A stretch of 63,114 nt of DNA from Desulfobacula sp. GTDB lineage: Bacteria > Desulfobacterota > Desulfobacteria > Desulfobacterales > Desulfobacteraceae. This document shows, one piece after another, positions 30,604 to 39,172 of the stretch. The stretch is taken from positions 1 through 63,114 of the forward strand of contig JAKIUJ010000001.1 in NCBI GenBank assembly GCA_021647625.1, in the 5' to 3' direction. The notes under the pieces are model-generated. The model worked only from the letters and a program-made list of their open reading frames with translations, did not search any database and was not told the DNA's origin. The translations under genes were made by a program, and so were the position numbers. How positions within the stretch are numbered: the first letter of the stretch is position 1; each line of letters begins with the position of its first letter.

Positions 30604-32763
30604 ATGGCACAAAAAACCTGTCCGGTTCGAAGAACCATAATCTATCTTTCCCGGCAGATCGGTTCTTTAACTGATCCTAAGGGGAGGAGAATCTCTGAAC
30701 AGATTTTATTGCTGACAGAAGAGATTGCCGAAGGCGCAGCAGGTAAGGATCATCTTTTGGCCATTGATTCTCTTATCCAAGAATATTTTTATACAAAAAG
30801 TTCTGTGCAAAACCTTGAGACCGGTAAAATTATAAAGGGTCTTATAGCACAGCACAGGGAGGTGTTCCAAAGTCATATTGAATCAAGGAACTGCCCTTCC
30901 CACGATTGTGGGAAACTAGCACCGTCACCCTGCCAGATGGCATGCCCGGCCGGGATTGATATCCCGACTTACCTGAGCTTAATCGCCGAAGGTAAGGACG
31001 CACAGGCAATTGCCGTGATCCGGCGTGACAATCCATTACCGTGGGTTTGCGGCCTCATCTGTACACGACCCTGTGAAATGATGTGTGTCCGTTCCAGGAT
31101 TGACACGCCGGTCTCCATTAAATTTTTAAAAGCCTTTGCAGCCGAGCGGGCCATGTCTGACCGGGAGTATAAAAATCCTGAGAAAAAAGAATATAACGGA
31201 AAATCGGTCTGCGTTATAGGGGCGGGGCCCGGCGGCCTGTCAGCTTCATATTACCTGGCGCTTATGGGATACAAGGTAAGAATCATAGAAGCCCTTCCCA
31301 TTCCAGGTGGTATGCTCATGGTGGGTATCCCTAGATATCGCTTACCAAGGGAGGTCATTGACCGTGAAGTTGCCATGATTGAAGACCTTGGGGTTCAAAT
31401 CTCCTATAACACCAGGTTCGGTGAGGATGTCACCTTTGAAGAATTGAAAGATCAGGGCACGGACGCTTTTTTCATCGCTGTTGGTGCCCATAAGTCATGG
31501 AATCTGGATGTAAAAGGGGAAAAAGAGTTTTCACAGATGTTGGATGCCGTCACGTTTTTAAAGGATGTGGCCCTGGGCGATCACCATGCACCGGGCAAAC
31601 ATGTGGCGGTAATTGGCGGTGGAAACGTTGCCATTGATGCGGCAAGAACAAGTCTTCGGCTGGGCGCTGAAAAAGTAACCATTGCCTACAGACGATCCAG
31701 AAACCAGATGCCGGCGGATATAGAAGAAGTTGAACAGGCACAGGAAGAAGGCATTGAGTTTTCTTTTTTAACCATTCCCAAAAAAATACAGGGAAAAAAC
31801 AATATTATTACAGGTCTTGATTGCATTAAGGCCGAATTGATAAAAAAACAAGGATCCGGCAGACTGGCCCCTTCTCCCATAGCGGGTCAAAATTTCATTA
31901 TAAAAGCTGATGCCGTGATCTGTGCCATTGGCCAATATGTAGATGACGACGGGCTGCAGGCCTTTGACCGGATAAAATGGACAAAAAGAGGCACCATTGA
32001 AGTCAACCATGCCAGCATGGAAACCGCCATGCCGGGTGTGTTTGCCGCAGGAGATGCCGTATCCGGACCGGCAACGGTAATTGAAGCCATCGGAGGAGGC
32101 AAACGGGCAGCAGAGGCAATTGACAGGTATATTAATCATCTTCCCCAGCCAAGAATGCCGAAAATCCCTGTCCGGTATAATATTGAAACACCCATTGAAA
32201 TGTCGGCCGGCCGAAAAATGACCCTTGAATACCCCAAGATGCCCATGTTGAATATAGATCGAAGACGAACCACGTTTCAACAGGTGGAACTTGGATATGA
32301 TGAGGCAAGTGTCCGCAAGGAGGCCTATCGATGTCTTCGGTGTGATATCTGCAGAAGGTGCGGCAAATGCGTGGAGGTCTGCAAAGATAAAATGGGGATA
32401 GATGCTTTAAAATTCGGGTACATGGATTTTGATAATCCCACAAAAACCGATTTTCGCGCAACACAAAAAAATTGTATTACCTGTGGGGCCTGTGCTGCCA
32501 ATTGTGAAAACAAAGCCATTGTCATTGAAGAAAAAAACGGCAAACGGAAGTTAAAACTATGCGGTACGATATTGAACTCCCAGGATATCCAGTATTGTGA
32601 AGAATGCAATGCCGTTTTACCCTCAACCCAGTACATGCAGTTTATTTCACAAAAAACAGGCAGGCTGACAAAGGTGACCCCCAAAAGGCTCCTGTGCAAT
32701 ACCTGCCAGCGCAAATTAAGTGCAAAAACCAATGTTGAAACACGGCCTGCTCGGCCAGGGTAA
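30604..32763 (+). CDS. FAD/NAD(P)-dependent GltD/SudA/NfnB-like oxidoreductase with extra Fe-S domains
   Basis: PCQMACPAG, CGLICTRPCE, GAGPGG, GGGNVAID, GVFAAGD, C-terminal CxxCxxC clusters; stop codon supplied by a MITE. Confidence 0.9.
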   Translation: MAQKTCPVRRTIIYLSRQIGSLTDPKGRRISEQILLLTEEIAEGAAGKDHLLAIDSLIQEYFYTKSSVQNLETGKIIKGLIAQHREVFQSHIESRNCPSHDCGKLAPSPCQMACPAGIDIPTYLSLIAEGKDAQAIAVIRRDNPLPWVCGLICTRPCEMMCVRSRIDTPVSIKFLKAFAAERAMSDREYKNPEKKEYNGKSVCVIGAGPGGLSASYYLALMGYKVRIIEALPIPGGMLMVGIPRYRLPREVIDREVAMIEDLGVQISYNTRFGEDVTFEELKDQGTDAFFIAVGAHKSWNLDVKGEKEFSQMLDAVTFLKDVALGDHHAPGKHVAVIGGGNVAIDAARTSLRLGAEKVTIAYRRSRNQMPADIEEVEQAQEEGIEFSFLTIPKKIQGKNNIITGLDCIKAELIKKQGSGRLAPSPIAGQNFIIKADAVICAIGQYVDDDGLQAFDRIKWTKRGTIEVNHASMETAMPGVFAAGDAVSGPATVIEAIGGGKRAAEAIDRYINHLPQPRMPKIPVRYNIETPIEMSAGRKMTLEYPKMPMLNIDRRRTTFQQVELGYDEASVRKEAYRCLRCDICRRCGKCVEVCKDKMGIDALKFGYMDFDNPTKTDFRATQKNCITCGACAANCENKAIVIEEKNGKRKLKLCGTILNSQDIQYCEECNAVLPSTQYMQFISQKTGRLTKVTPKRLLCNTCQRKLSAKTNVETRPARPG

Positions 32764-32900
32764 ACGCATTTAAACTTGGCATGAATTTTAATTCTTTGTT
32801 TTACAGGTACTTATACAAAACAAGATTTTTATTTGCGTTTACCTTCAAACTGTAACTACCTGAAATCATTAATATGGAAAAGTTACATGCGTTAGCCCTG
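32756..32900 (+). mobile_element. MITE family B (ISAs1-like)
   Basis: CAGGGTAAACGCAT ... ATGCGTTAGCCCTG; near-identical reverse complement of 48454-48598; 9-bp TSD CTGCTCGGC/CTGGTCGGC. Confidence 0.9.
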
Positions 32901-32938
32901 CTGGTCGGCCCCAATTGCAACAAGGATCAAAACAAAAA

Positions 32939-33047
32939 TAACGGCCATGCACAGCTTTGCCCCCCCCTCGATCAGGGGGCTCGCAAAAAACCGGAGGTTT
33001 TGACAAAACATGAAATATTAGACTGATTTTGAATATTATTTCATATA
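32939..33047 (+). repeat. Structured repeat family C
   Basis: TAACGGCCATGCACAGCTTTGCCCC...GGTTTTGACAAAACATGAAATATT...AATATTATTTCATAT. Confidence 0.8.
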
Positions 33048-33066
33048 TAAAAAAAAGGATGCCACC

Positions 33067-33276
33067 ATGCCATTCCAAAGAGGCGACAAAATCAAAGTAT
33101 TTCAAAAATCCACAGATGAAGCCTGGGAACCCTATATGGACGATTTTTTAGGTGTTTTTGGATTTATTACAGACCCTGACACCATGATCAATGACCCCGA
33201 TGCATTGATTGAAGTCAGCCTGGACGAAAAAGGAACCCATAGGCTGCCCCAGGATTGTTTGGAATTGATTGTATGA
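33067..33276 (+). CDS. Small acidic hypothetical protein (SH3-like beta pattern)
   Basis: RBS AAGGA; FQRGDKIKV...HRLPQDCLELI; ATGA overlap with the next ORF. Confidence 0.7.
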   Translation: MPFQRGDKIKVFQKSTDEAWEPYMDDFLGVFGFITDPDTMINDPDALIEVSLDEKGTHRLPQDCLELIV

Positions 33277-33419
33277 AAACAAAAGACATTTTAGAAGGTT
33301 GTTCCGGCTCATTTCGCACCATCGACCAGGACCAAACTGTAGAAAAAGCGCTACAGCTTTTATCAGGGTTTTGGGTATCTGGCCTGGTGGTTACTACGGG
33401 AGACCCAGCCCATGATTGA
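33273..33419 (+). pseudogene. Truncated CBS-domain fragment (48 aa)
   Basis: MKTKDILEGCSGSFRTIDQDQTVEKALQLLSGFWVSGLVVTTGDPAHD* corresponds to the first half of one CBS motif. Confidence 0.6.
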
Positions 33420-34188
33420 TATTATTATTGACAAAAAAAAAATTGGCGTGAGAGAGAACCAGACCGTCCTTGCTGCGGCAAAGGAAAACGGGATTAAAAT
33501 TCCCCATCTATGTTTTCATCCAGCCCTGAGACCATCCGGATCATGTAAACTTTGCGGGGTTGAGGTAATTTCAACTGGCGGCAAACAGGTTGTGATGCTC
33601 TCGTGTATCCTTAAAGTTAAAGAAAACCTTGAAATAAAAACAGATTCCGAACTTGTACGGTTCAACCGGGAAAAATCATTTAACAATTTGCTGCAGATGG
33701 CTCCGGATTCATCCAGAATCAGAAATCTTGCAAAAGAATTTGACGTACCCGTCACACCACAGCCAAATGGATGTATCAACTGCCGTCTGTGTATCAGGGT
33801 CTGCAATGAAATCGTTAAGGCTTCTGCGTTGAAAATGGTGAAAAATAAAAACAAAAGCCGCATTATGCCCGAATTAGGTCATTGTATCGGGTGCGGAACC
33901 TGCGCGAATCTTTGTCCGACCGATATTATCAAAGTGAATGATCAGGACAGTGTCAGGACGATTTCCATAAAAGGGGAGATCATCGGGCAATTGCCTTTGG
34001 AGCAGTGTGAAGGATGCGGCAATATGTACGCAACGGCCAGTTTTTTGAGACATGTGCAGGAAATCACGCACCCCCACCCTGACACAAAAGAACACCATCA
34101 CCTTTGCCCGTCCTGCATAAAGCTTATGTCAAACAGGACTCTAACCCGGACATTTCATGAGACTTTAGTATCTTGGAAAAACACTTAA
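33412..34188 (+). CDS. 2Fe-2S/4Fe-4S protein (NuoG/HndD N-terminal-like)
   Basis: IPHLCFH...GSCKLCGVE...SC; CINCRLCIRVC; CIGCGTCANLCP; CxxC...CxxC tail. Confidence 0.88.
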   Translation: MIDIIIDKKKIGVRENQTVLAAAKENGIKIPHLCFHPALRPSGSCKLCGVEVISTGGKQVVMLSCILKVKENLEIKTDSELVRFNREKSFNNLLQMAPDSSRIRNLAKEFDVPVTPQPNGCINCRLCIRVCNEIVKASALKMVKNKNKSRIMPELGHCIGCGTCANLCPTDIIKVNDQDSVRTISIKGEIIGQLPLEQCEGCGNMYATASFLRHVQEITHPHPDTKEHHHLCPSCIKLMSNRTLTRTFHETLVSWKNT

Positions 34189-34361
34189 ATATTATCAAAG
34201 AGTTAAAGTTGATTTTTCAATCAACTTATAGTGACGAAGTATCACCCTCAGGGCGAGCCGAATTTATTCCATCTGCTTCGCTCCAGGCCATTTGCAGTAG
34301 ACAACTACAAATGATCTGCAACCCGCAGCTAAAACAAATTCGACTCGTGAGCTATCCGGGT
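34144..34361. mobile_element. MITE-like element inserted in the 3' end of the Fe-S gene
   Basis: TA-ACCCGGACATTTCATGAG ... CTCGTGAGCTATCCGGGT-TA imperfect TIRs flanked by TA. Confidence 0.65.
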
Positions 34362-34387
34362 TAACTTAAAAAAGAGAGACTAAAAAA

Positions 34388-34759
34388 ATGACAATAGCAG
34401 CTTTAAAATCGGTTTTTGCAGGGGTCGGGGGATCACTTGTCCTTGCCGCTTTTTGTTCGACCTTCATCACCATGGAAAAAATTTTATTTATCATCCCGTT
34501 CTTTGTTGCCTTTAACGGTGCAATGACAGGCTACAGGATGGTGGAAGTATTGAAAGAAAAGATTGCAAACGTGCCGGTTTTTTCATTTGTTCTGGGAATC
34601 GGCGGGGGAGCCGCAACATTTTCAATCCTGAATATCACAGGGTCTCTTGTTAAAATTGCATTTTCACTGAGTCTGTTTGATCTGTTCATTTATATGGCAA
34701 TATCAGGAATTACAAGCTATCTGGGGGCAAAACTGGCTGTCAGATATTTTAATTTATAA
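34388..34759 (+). CDS. Small four-TM membrane protein of unknown function
   Basis: Hydrophobic Gly-rich helices; lies within the operon. Confidence 0.7.
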   Translation: MTIAALKSVFAGVGGSLVLAAFCSTFITMEKILFIIPFFVAFNGAMTGYRMVEVLKEKIANVPVFSFVLGIGGGAATFSILNITGSLVKIAFSLSLFDLFIYMAISGITSYLGAKLAVRYFNL

Positions 34760-34796
34760 TCCACGTGTTTGTTTTTTTAAAAAAAAGGAGAGTCAA

Positions 34797-36491
34797 ATGA
34801 AAAAAGTTTTTCCACATTTTATTATGATGGCATTGGTTTTACTATTTGCCGCGTCAGGATCATATGCTGCAAACAGCATATCAGCATCCTCTTATAAAGC
34901 AGGAGATATTGTAGAGATTAAAGGCAAGATCACGCCGGGCCAGGACCTATATATAGCCATTGCCCAGCAGGACATGTTTGCACCTGGCGATACCACGGGT
35001 GTTCATGAAATAAAAAAGTTTAAAAAAGAGAGTAAAAAAAGAGGGTTTTCTTTAGATACTAAGATTCCGCCTCTATACTATATGCTCACCAATGTACCGG
35101 AACAATTTGGTAAAGTGGACAAGAAAAGATTTGGCGGACCTTCCGTTCTTCTCAAAAAAGGACAGGGAATCTACAGCACGACCATGTTCTATCTGAATAA
35201 AAAATTTAATGATGTGGATGATACTGCCCGTTCCATGATGGGCCCAATCAAGTCAGACGAGCAGTGGAATTTTTTCAGGTATGCCAATGAGAATTCTTAT
35301 GGTATCAATACCATTGTTAAAGAAGGCAACAGAAAGGGTAAAGTCGTTATCTTTTCAAGAACGGTTATTGGTGATCAGTCATCAGGAAATTACTGGGACA
35401 AAAACACAAATGTAAAACTCGACAAAGCAACCGGTGAGTTTACGGCTTCCTTTAAATCCTTCAGGCACACTCCGCCCGATACTCAGTTTGATGTATATGT
35501 AAACGGTGCTAAAATCGGAGATTATAGTGTTGAAAAAAACGGTTTCTGGCTCTCCAAAGGGTATCGGTATATGAATCCTTTATGGATTGTTATTGGTGCT
35601 ATCCTTGTTGGAACCTATTTCTCCATGATAGGTGCGGCAGGTGGTATGCTCATGGCGGCCTTCCAGGTCTTGGTTGTTAACACCATGGGCCCTGTGGGCA
35701 TCAATGCAGCCAATGTATTAAAACCCTCCAATATGGCACTCACCCTGTTTTCTCCCCTGGGATCTTTCTACCGGTATGCCGTGGTTGAAAAACGCGTTGC
35801 ATGGCCTGTGGGACTCTCCTTTGGTGTGGGTATTTTTGTCGGTTCCATCTGGCTGGGTAAATATGTATCCGCCGTTCTTCCCATGAAAGCCTATAAAGAA
35901 TGGCTGGCAGTTCTCGTGATCATCATGGGAGTCAAGACCCTGCTGGAAATGACCCCTAGCGCCATGAATAAAAGAAAAAACATCAAAGCCATGACCAAAA
36001 AATTTAACGATGAAATTGCCGCAGCAAAAGCCGAGGGCCGTTCAGCTGAAATGGGCAGCATTGAGCCGGTTAAAACAGGTATCATGGATTATCGGTTTAA
36101 ATTCTGGGGCGAAGAATTTAAAATCAACCCCTTGCTTTTCGCAATGCTTGGTGTTGTCATTGGTATCGTTTCAAGATCATTCGGTATTGGCGGCGGTTTT
36201 CTTTTAGTTCCTGCCATGACTACTTTAGGTGCGCTTCCCATGTATGTGGCCGTGCCCATCTCTTTGATCGGAACCTGTTTCTCCAGTATCGGATCATTTA
36301 TCGGATATCTGATGACAGGATACCTGCCGGACATGACCCTGGCCATCTGTATCATTATCGGTGGATTTGCAGGCGGTATGCTGGGTAGCCGTGCCCAAAA
36401 ACTGTTCTCGGAAATGACTTTAAAGGTTGTTCTGGCTGCTACATTGTTTTTCTTGTTCTTTAGATTTTTCAAAATTGAAATCTGGATCTAA
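34797..36491 (+). CDS. TauE/SafE-family sulfite/anion exporter with a large N-terminal periplasmic domain
   Basis: Signal peptide, soluble domain, then GAAGG and SFGIGGGFLLVP TauE motifs; RBS AAGGAG. Confidence 0.88.
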   Translation: MKKVFPHFIMMALVLLFAASGSYAANSISASSYKAGDIVEIKGKITPGQDLYIAIAQQDMFAPGDTTGVHEIKKFKKESKKRGFSLDTKIPPLYYMLTNVPEQFGKVDKKRFGGPSVLLKKGQGIYSTTMFYLNKKFNDVDDTARSMMGPIKSDEQWNFFRYANENSYGINTIVKEGNRKGKVVIFSRTVIGDQSSGNYWDKNTNVKLDKATGEFTASFKSFRHTPPDTQFDVYVNGAKIGDYSVEKNGFWLSKGYRYMNPLWIVIGAILVGTYFSMIGAAGGMLMAAFQVLVVNTMGPVGINAANVLKPSNMALTLFSPLGSFYRYAVVEKRVAWPVGLSFGVGIFVGSIWLGKYVSAVLPMKAYKEWLAVLVIIMGVKTLLEMTPSAMNKRKNIKAMTKKFNDEIAAAKAEGRSAEMGSIEPVKTGIMDYRFKFWGEEFKINPLLFAMLGVVIGIVSRSFGIGGGFLLVPAMTTLGALPMYVAVPISLIGTCFSSIGSFIGYLMTGYLPDMTLAICIIIGGFAGGMLGSRAQKLFSEMTLKVVLAATLFFLFFRFFKIEIWI

Positions 36492-36518
36492 TCTTTAGAT
36501 TAAAAACAAATCAACCTT

Positions 36519-36570
36519 GAAACCCGTGTACTGAGACTCTATACTATAATATCAGCCACGGGTTTCATTT
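36519..36570 (+). terminator. Hairpin after tauE
   Basis: TGAAACCCGTG ... CACGGGTTTCA followed by TTTT. Confidence 0.55.
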
Positions 36571-36583
36571 TAAGGAACATCTT

Positions 36584-37168
36584 ATGAATGATTTTTTAGA
36601 CAGGGTATGGGAACAGATTCAAGTTTTGTTAAACTTTGCCGTGATATCCCTTGACACCTTGTTTTCTCCACTTGAAATACTGGGCCCGGGCTTTGTGATA
36701 TTTGTCCTTGCAGGTCTGGTTGTGGGCATAACAAGACTTAATGCAAAATTTTATGAAACCAAACGTTTTGTTACATTAAAAAAGGATTTTGAACACTGGC
36801 AGAGTGTCAGGGAAGAAGCAATGAAACAGCCTGACAGAGAAAAAGGCAAAGCCCTTGCCAAAAACATAGACCAGGCCCAGTTGAACCGTGCCTACTACGA
36901 CTATTTTTTTGAAGGACTGTTAAAAAATTTTATTACCAATGTCCTTCCTATGTTATTGACGGCTGCCTATGTCACAACCATTTACACACCCCAAAACCTG
37001 TTAAACAGGTTTGGCACACAATGGGTGTTTTCATTTTCTTTTGGATCTTCCCAGGTGAATGTAAGTTCCCTGCTCTGGTTTGTTGTTTGTGTTATATTTT
37101 CGTTTATTTTATTTTATATCCTTAAAATCATACTAAAAAAACCACATGTTAAAAACGCTTTGGCATAG
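36584..37168 (+). CDS. Membrane protein, DUF106 / EMC3-TMCO1 (Oxa1 superfamily)-like
   Basis: Amphipathic N-helix, TM1, cytoplasmic coiled coil, TM2 with LP, TM3 with LLWF. Confidence 0.55.
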   Translation: MNDFLDRVWEQIQVLLNFAVISLDTLFSPLEILGPGFVIFVLAGLVVGITRLNAKFYETKRFVTLKKDFEHWQSVREEAMKQPDREKGKALAKNIDQAQLNRAYYDYFFEGLLKNFITNVLPMLLTAAYVTTIYTPQNLLNRFGTQWVFSFSFGSSQVNVSSLLWFVVCVIFSFILFYILKIILKKPHVKNALA

Positions 37169-37652
37169 CATAAAAAAAACAATAAGGTTCATACCTGCTA
37201 TGGTGTTTGCGGGCTGGATTTTACTGCCCCTTGATGCATATGCCACTCAGCTTCATGCAAATTCAGAAGGCATTGTCACCCATCAGATAGGCCATCTTTT
37301 TTTCCTTTTTTCCATGGTTGTCCTTATCTTTACCATTACAGGTAAGGGATTGGACAAACAAAAAGGCTGGCGTCTGATTCAATATTCAGCCTTCTTTTTT
37401 ATCCTCTGGAACCTTGACGCCCTTACAGCCCATTTTTTTGATAACCAGATTCAAGCTGTGAAAATAGAAAATATTTCCCTAACCCAGATAAAAGTTATTG
37501 CAAACAATGGTTCAACTGTTCTTGCCTGGTTCTATTATGTTTTAAAACTGGATCATCTTCTTTGTGTTCCTGCCATGTTTTTTCTTTATAAAGGACTTTC
37601 AAGCCTTGTTAATGAACAAAGGCAGGTGATCAAAAAAAAGGATACGCCATGA
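37146..37652 (+). CDS. His-rich membrane protein, probable accessory to the sensor kinase
   Basis: ATQLHANSEGIVTHQIGHLFF, WNLDALTAH, KLDHLLCVPA; ATGA overlap with the kinase. Confidence 0.7.
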   Translation: MLKTLWHSIKKTIRFIPAMVFAGWILLPLDAYATQLHANSEGIVTHQIGHLFFLFSMVVLIFTITGKGLDKQKGWRLIQYSAFFFILWNLDALTAHFFDNQIQAVKIENISLTQIKVIANNGSTVLAWFYYVLKLDHLLCVPAMFFLYKGLSSLVNEQRQVIKKKDTP

Positions 37653-39172
37653 TCGCTTCGTTTATTCCCATACTGGCAATAGATGTTATAGGATCCGTTT
37701 TCATGGTGGTGATTGCATTTCTTTGTCTTTACAAGGCAAGGCTGTTGAGAGAGATGGACCCCGACAATGCGGTCTTTTTATATCTATTGTGGATCAGTAC
37801 AGGATTCACAGTGTTTGCCCTGTCAAGATCTTTTGGTCATATTTTAAGACAATTTCTCATTCTTACTTCCACGGCTGAAACCTGGCATGCCATCAGCTCT
37901 TATTCGGGCAGCATAAATACGGTATCCTTTATGCTTGTGGGTCTAATCACGCTTTTTTTCAACCAGAGCTGGAATATTAACGAAAAAATACTTTCCGGCA
38001 GAAAAAAACTTGAAGAAACCCATATCAAACTTGTGGATCTTAACCAGACCCTTGAGCACAAGGTCGTTGAGAGAACGGAAAAGCTGACAAGCAGCGAACA
38101 CAAAGCCAGACGAATTTTTGAACAGTCACTGGATACCATTCTTGTAACCGATGAAAAATTTAACATATCGGAAATCAACCCGGCCGGCGTCACCCTGACA
38201 GGGTACAAAAAAGAAGATATGCTGGCGAACCAAATGGGGTTAAAAAATTTTCTGGCTCAAGGCTCTGAATGGAAAAGAATAAAGCACCTGCTTGAAACTC
38301 GAGAATATATTTTAAATGACGAGACCGATTTTTTAAGGCCCGATTATTCCCAGATCAGGGTTCTTATCACAGGTGGTGTGGATTATGGTGCCTTTGGGTG
38401 CGGTAAAACATTTCATTTTATCATCAAAGATATTAATGACAAAAGACAGATGGAGCAGCAGATTGCCCAGGCTGATAAACTTGCCGCTCTTGGTGAATTG
38501 TCCGCAGGTGTGGCCCACGAAATCAACAATCCTCTGGGGATTATCCTTGGGTATACCCAGTTGATGTTAAAAGAAGACTCTGAATTTGAAGAAGATCTTA
38601 AAACTATTGAAAAGCATGTGAAAAATTGTAAGACTGTTGTTTCGGATCTTCTCTCTTTTTCCAGAAAAGGAACCTTGGAAAAAAGCCTGGTGAATGTGGC
38701 AATTATCATTGATGGTGTGGTCAAGTTTTTAGCAAACCACACGGATTTTCGCAATGTTAAAATACAGCTTAAGCGATTGAAAAAAGATCGACTCATGATA
38801 TACGGCAATGAACAGGAACTGTCCCAGGTCATCATTAACCTGATGATCAATGCCTGTCACGCAGTAAACAAAAAAGGCACCATTCAGGTTGCAATAAAAA
38901 AAACAGGTGACAATCAGATTTTTATAACGGTAAAAGACAATGGTACAGGTATCCGGAAAAAACATTTTTCACGTATATTTGATCCATTTTTCACAACCAA
39001 ACCCGTGGGACAAGGAACAGGCTTAGGACTGTCCGTTGGCTACGGCATTATCCGCCGGCATGGCGGGGATATCACCGCAAGAAACCGAAAAGAAAAAGGG
39101 GCAGCCTTTACAATCAGTCTTCCGCTTGCCTTGACAAAAGATAATATTAAAGAAGACAGGAGCAATACCTAA
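37649..39172 (+). CDS. PAS sensor histidine kinase
   Basis: AHEINNPL, NLMINA, DNGTGI, FDPFFTTK, GTGLGL. Confidence 0.95.
   Translation: MIASFIPILAIDVIGSVFMVVIAFLCLYKARLLREMDPDNAVFLYLLWISTGFTVFALSRSFGHILRQFLILTSTAETWHAISSYSGSINTVSFMLVGLITLFFNQSWNINEKILSGRKKLEETHIKLVDLNQTLEHKVVERTEKLTSSEHKARRIFEQSLDTILVTDEKFNISEINPAGVTLTGYKKEDMLANQMGLKNFLAQGSEWKRIKHLLETREYILNDETDFLRPDYSQIRVLITGGVDYGAFGCGKTFHFIIKDINDKRQMEQQIAQADKLAALGELSAGVAHEINNPLGIILGYTQLMLKEDSEFEEDLKTIEKHVKNCKTVVSDLLSFSRKGTLEKSLVNVAIIIDGVVKFLANHTDFRNVKIQLKRLKKDRLMIYGNEQELSQVIINLMINACHAVNKKGTIQVAIKKTGDNQIFITVKDNGTGIRKKHFSRIFDPFFTTKPVGQGTGLGLSVGYGIIRRHGGDITARNRKEKGAAFTISLPLALTKDNIKEDRSNT

Noticed and set aside
32939-33047. Family C repeats as integron attC sites (they start with TAAC at stop codons)
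   Set aside because: There is no complementary GTTRRRY end, no cassette array and no integrase.
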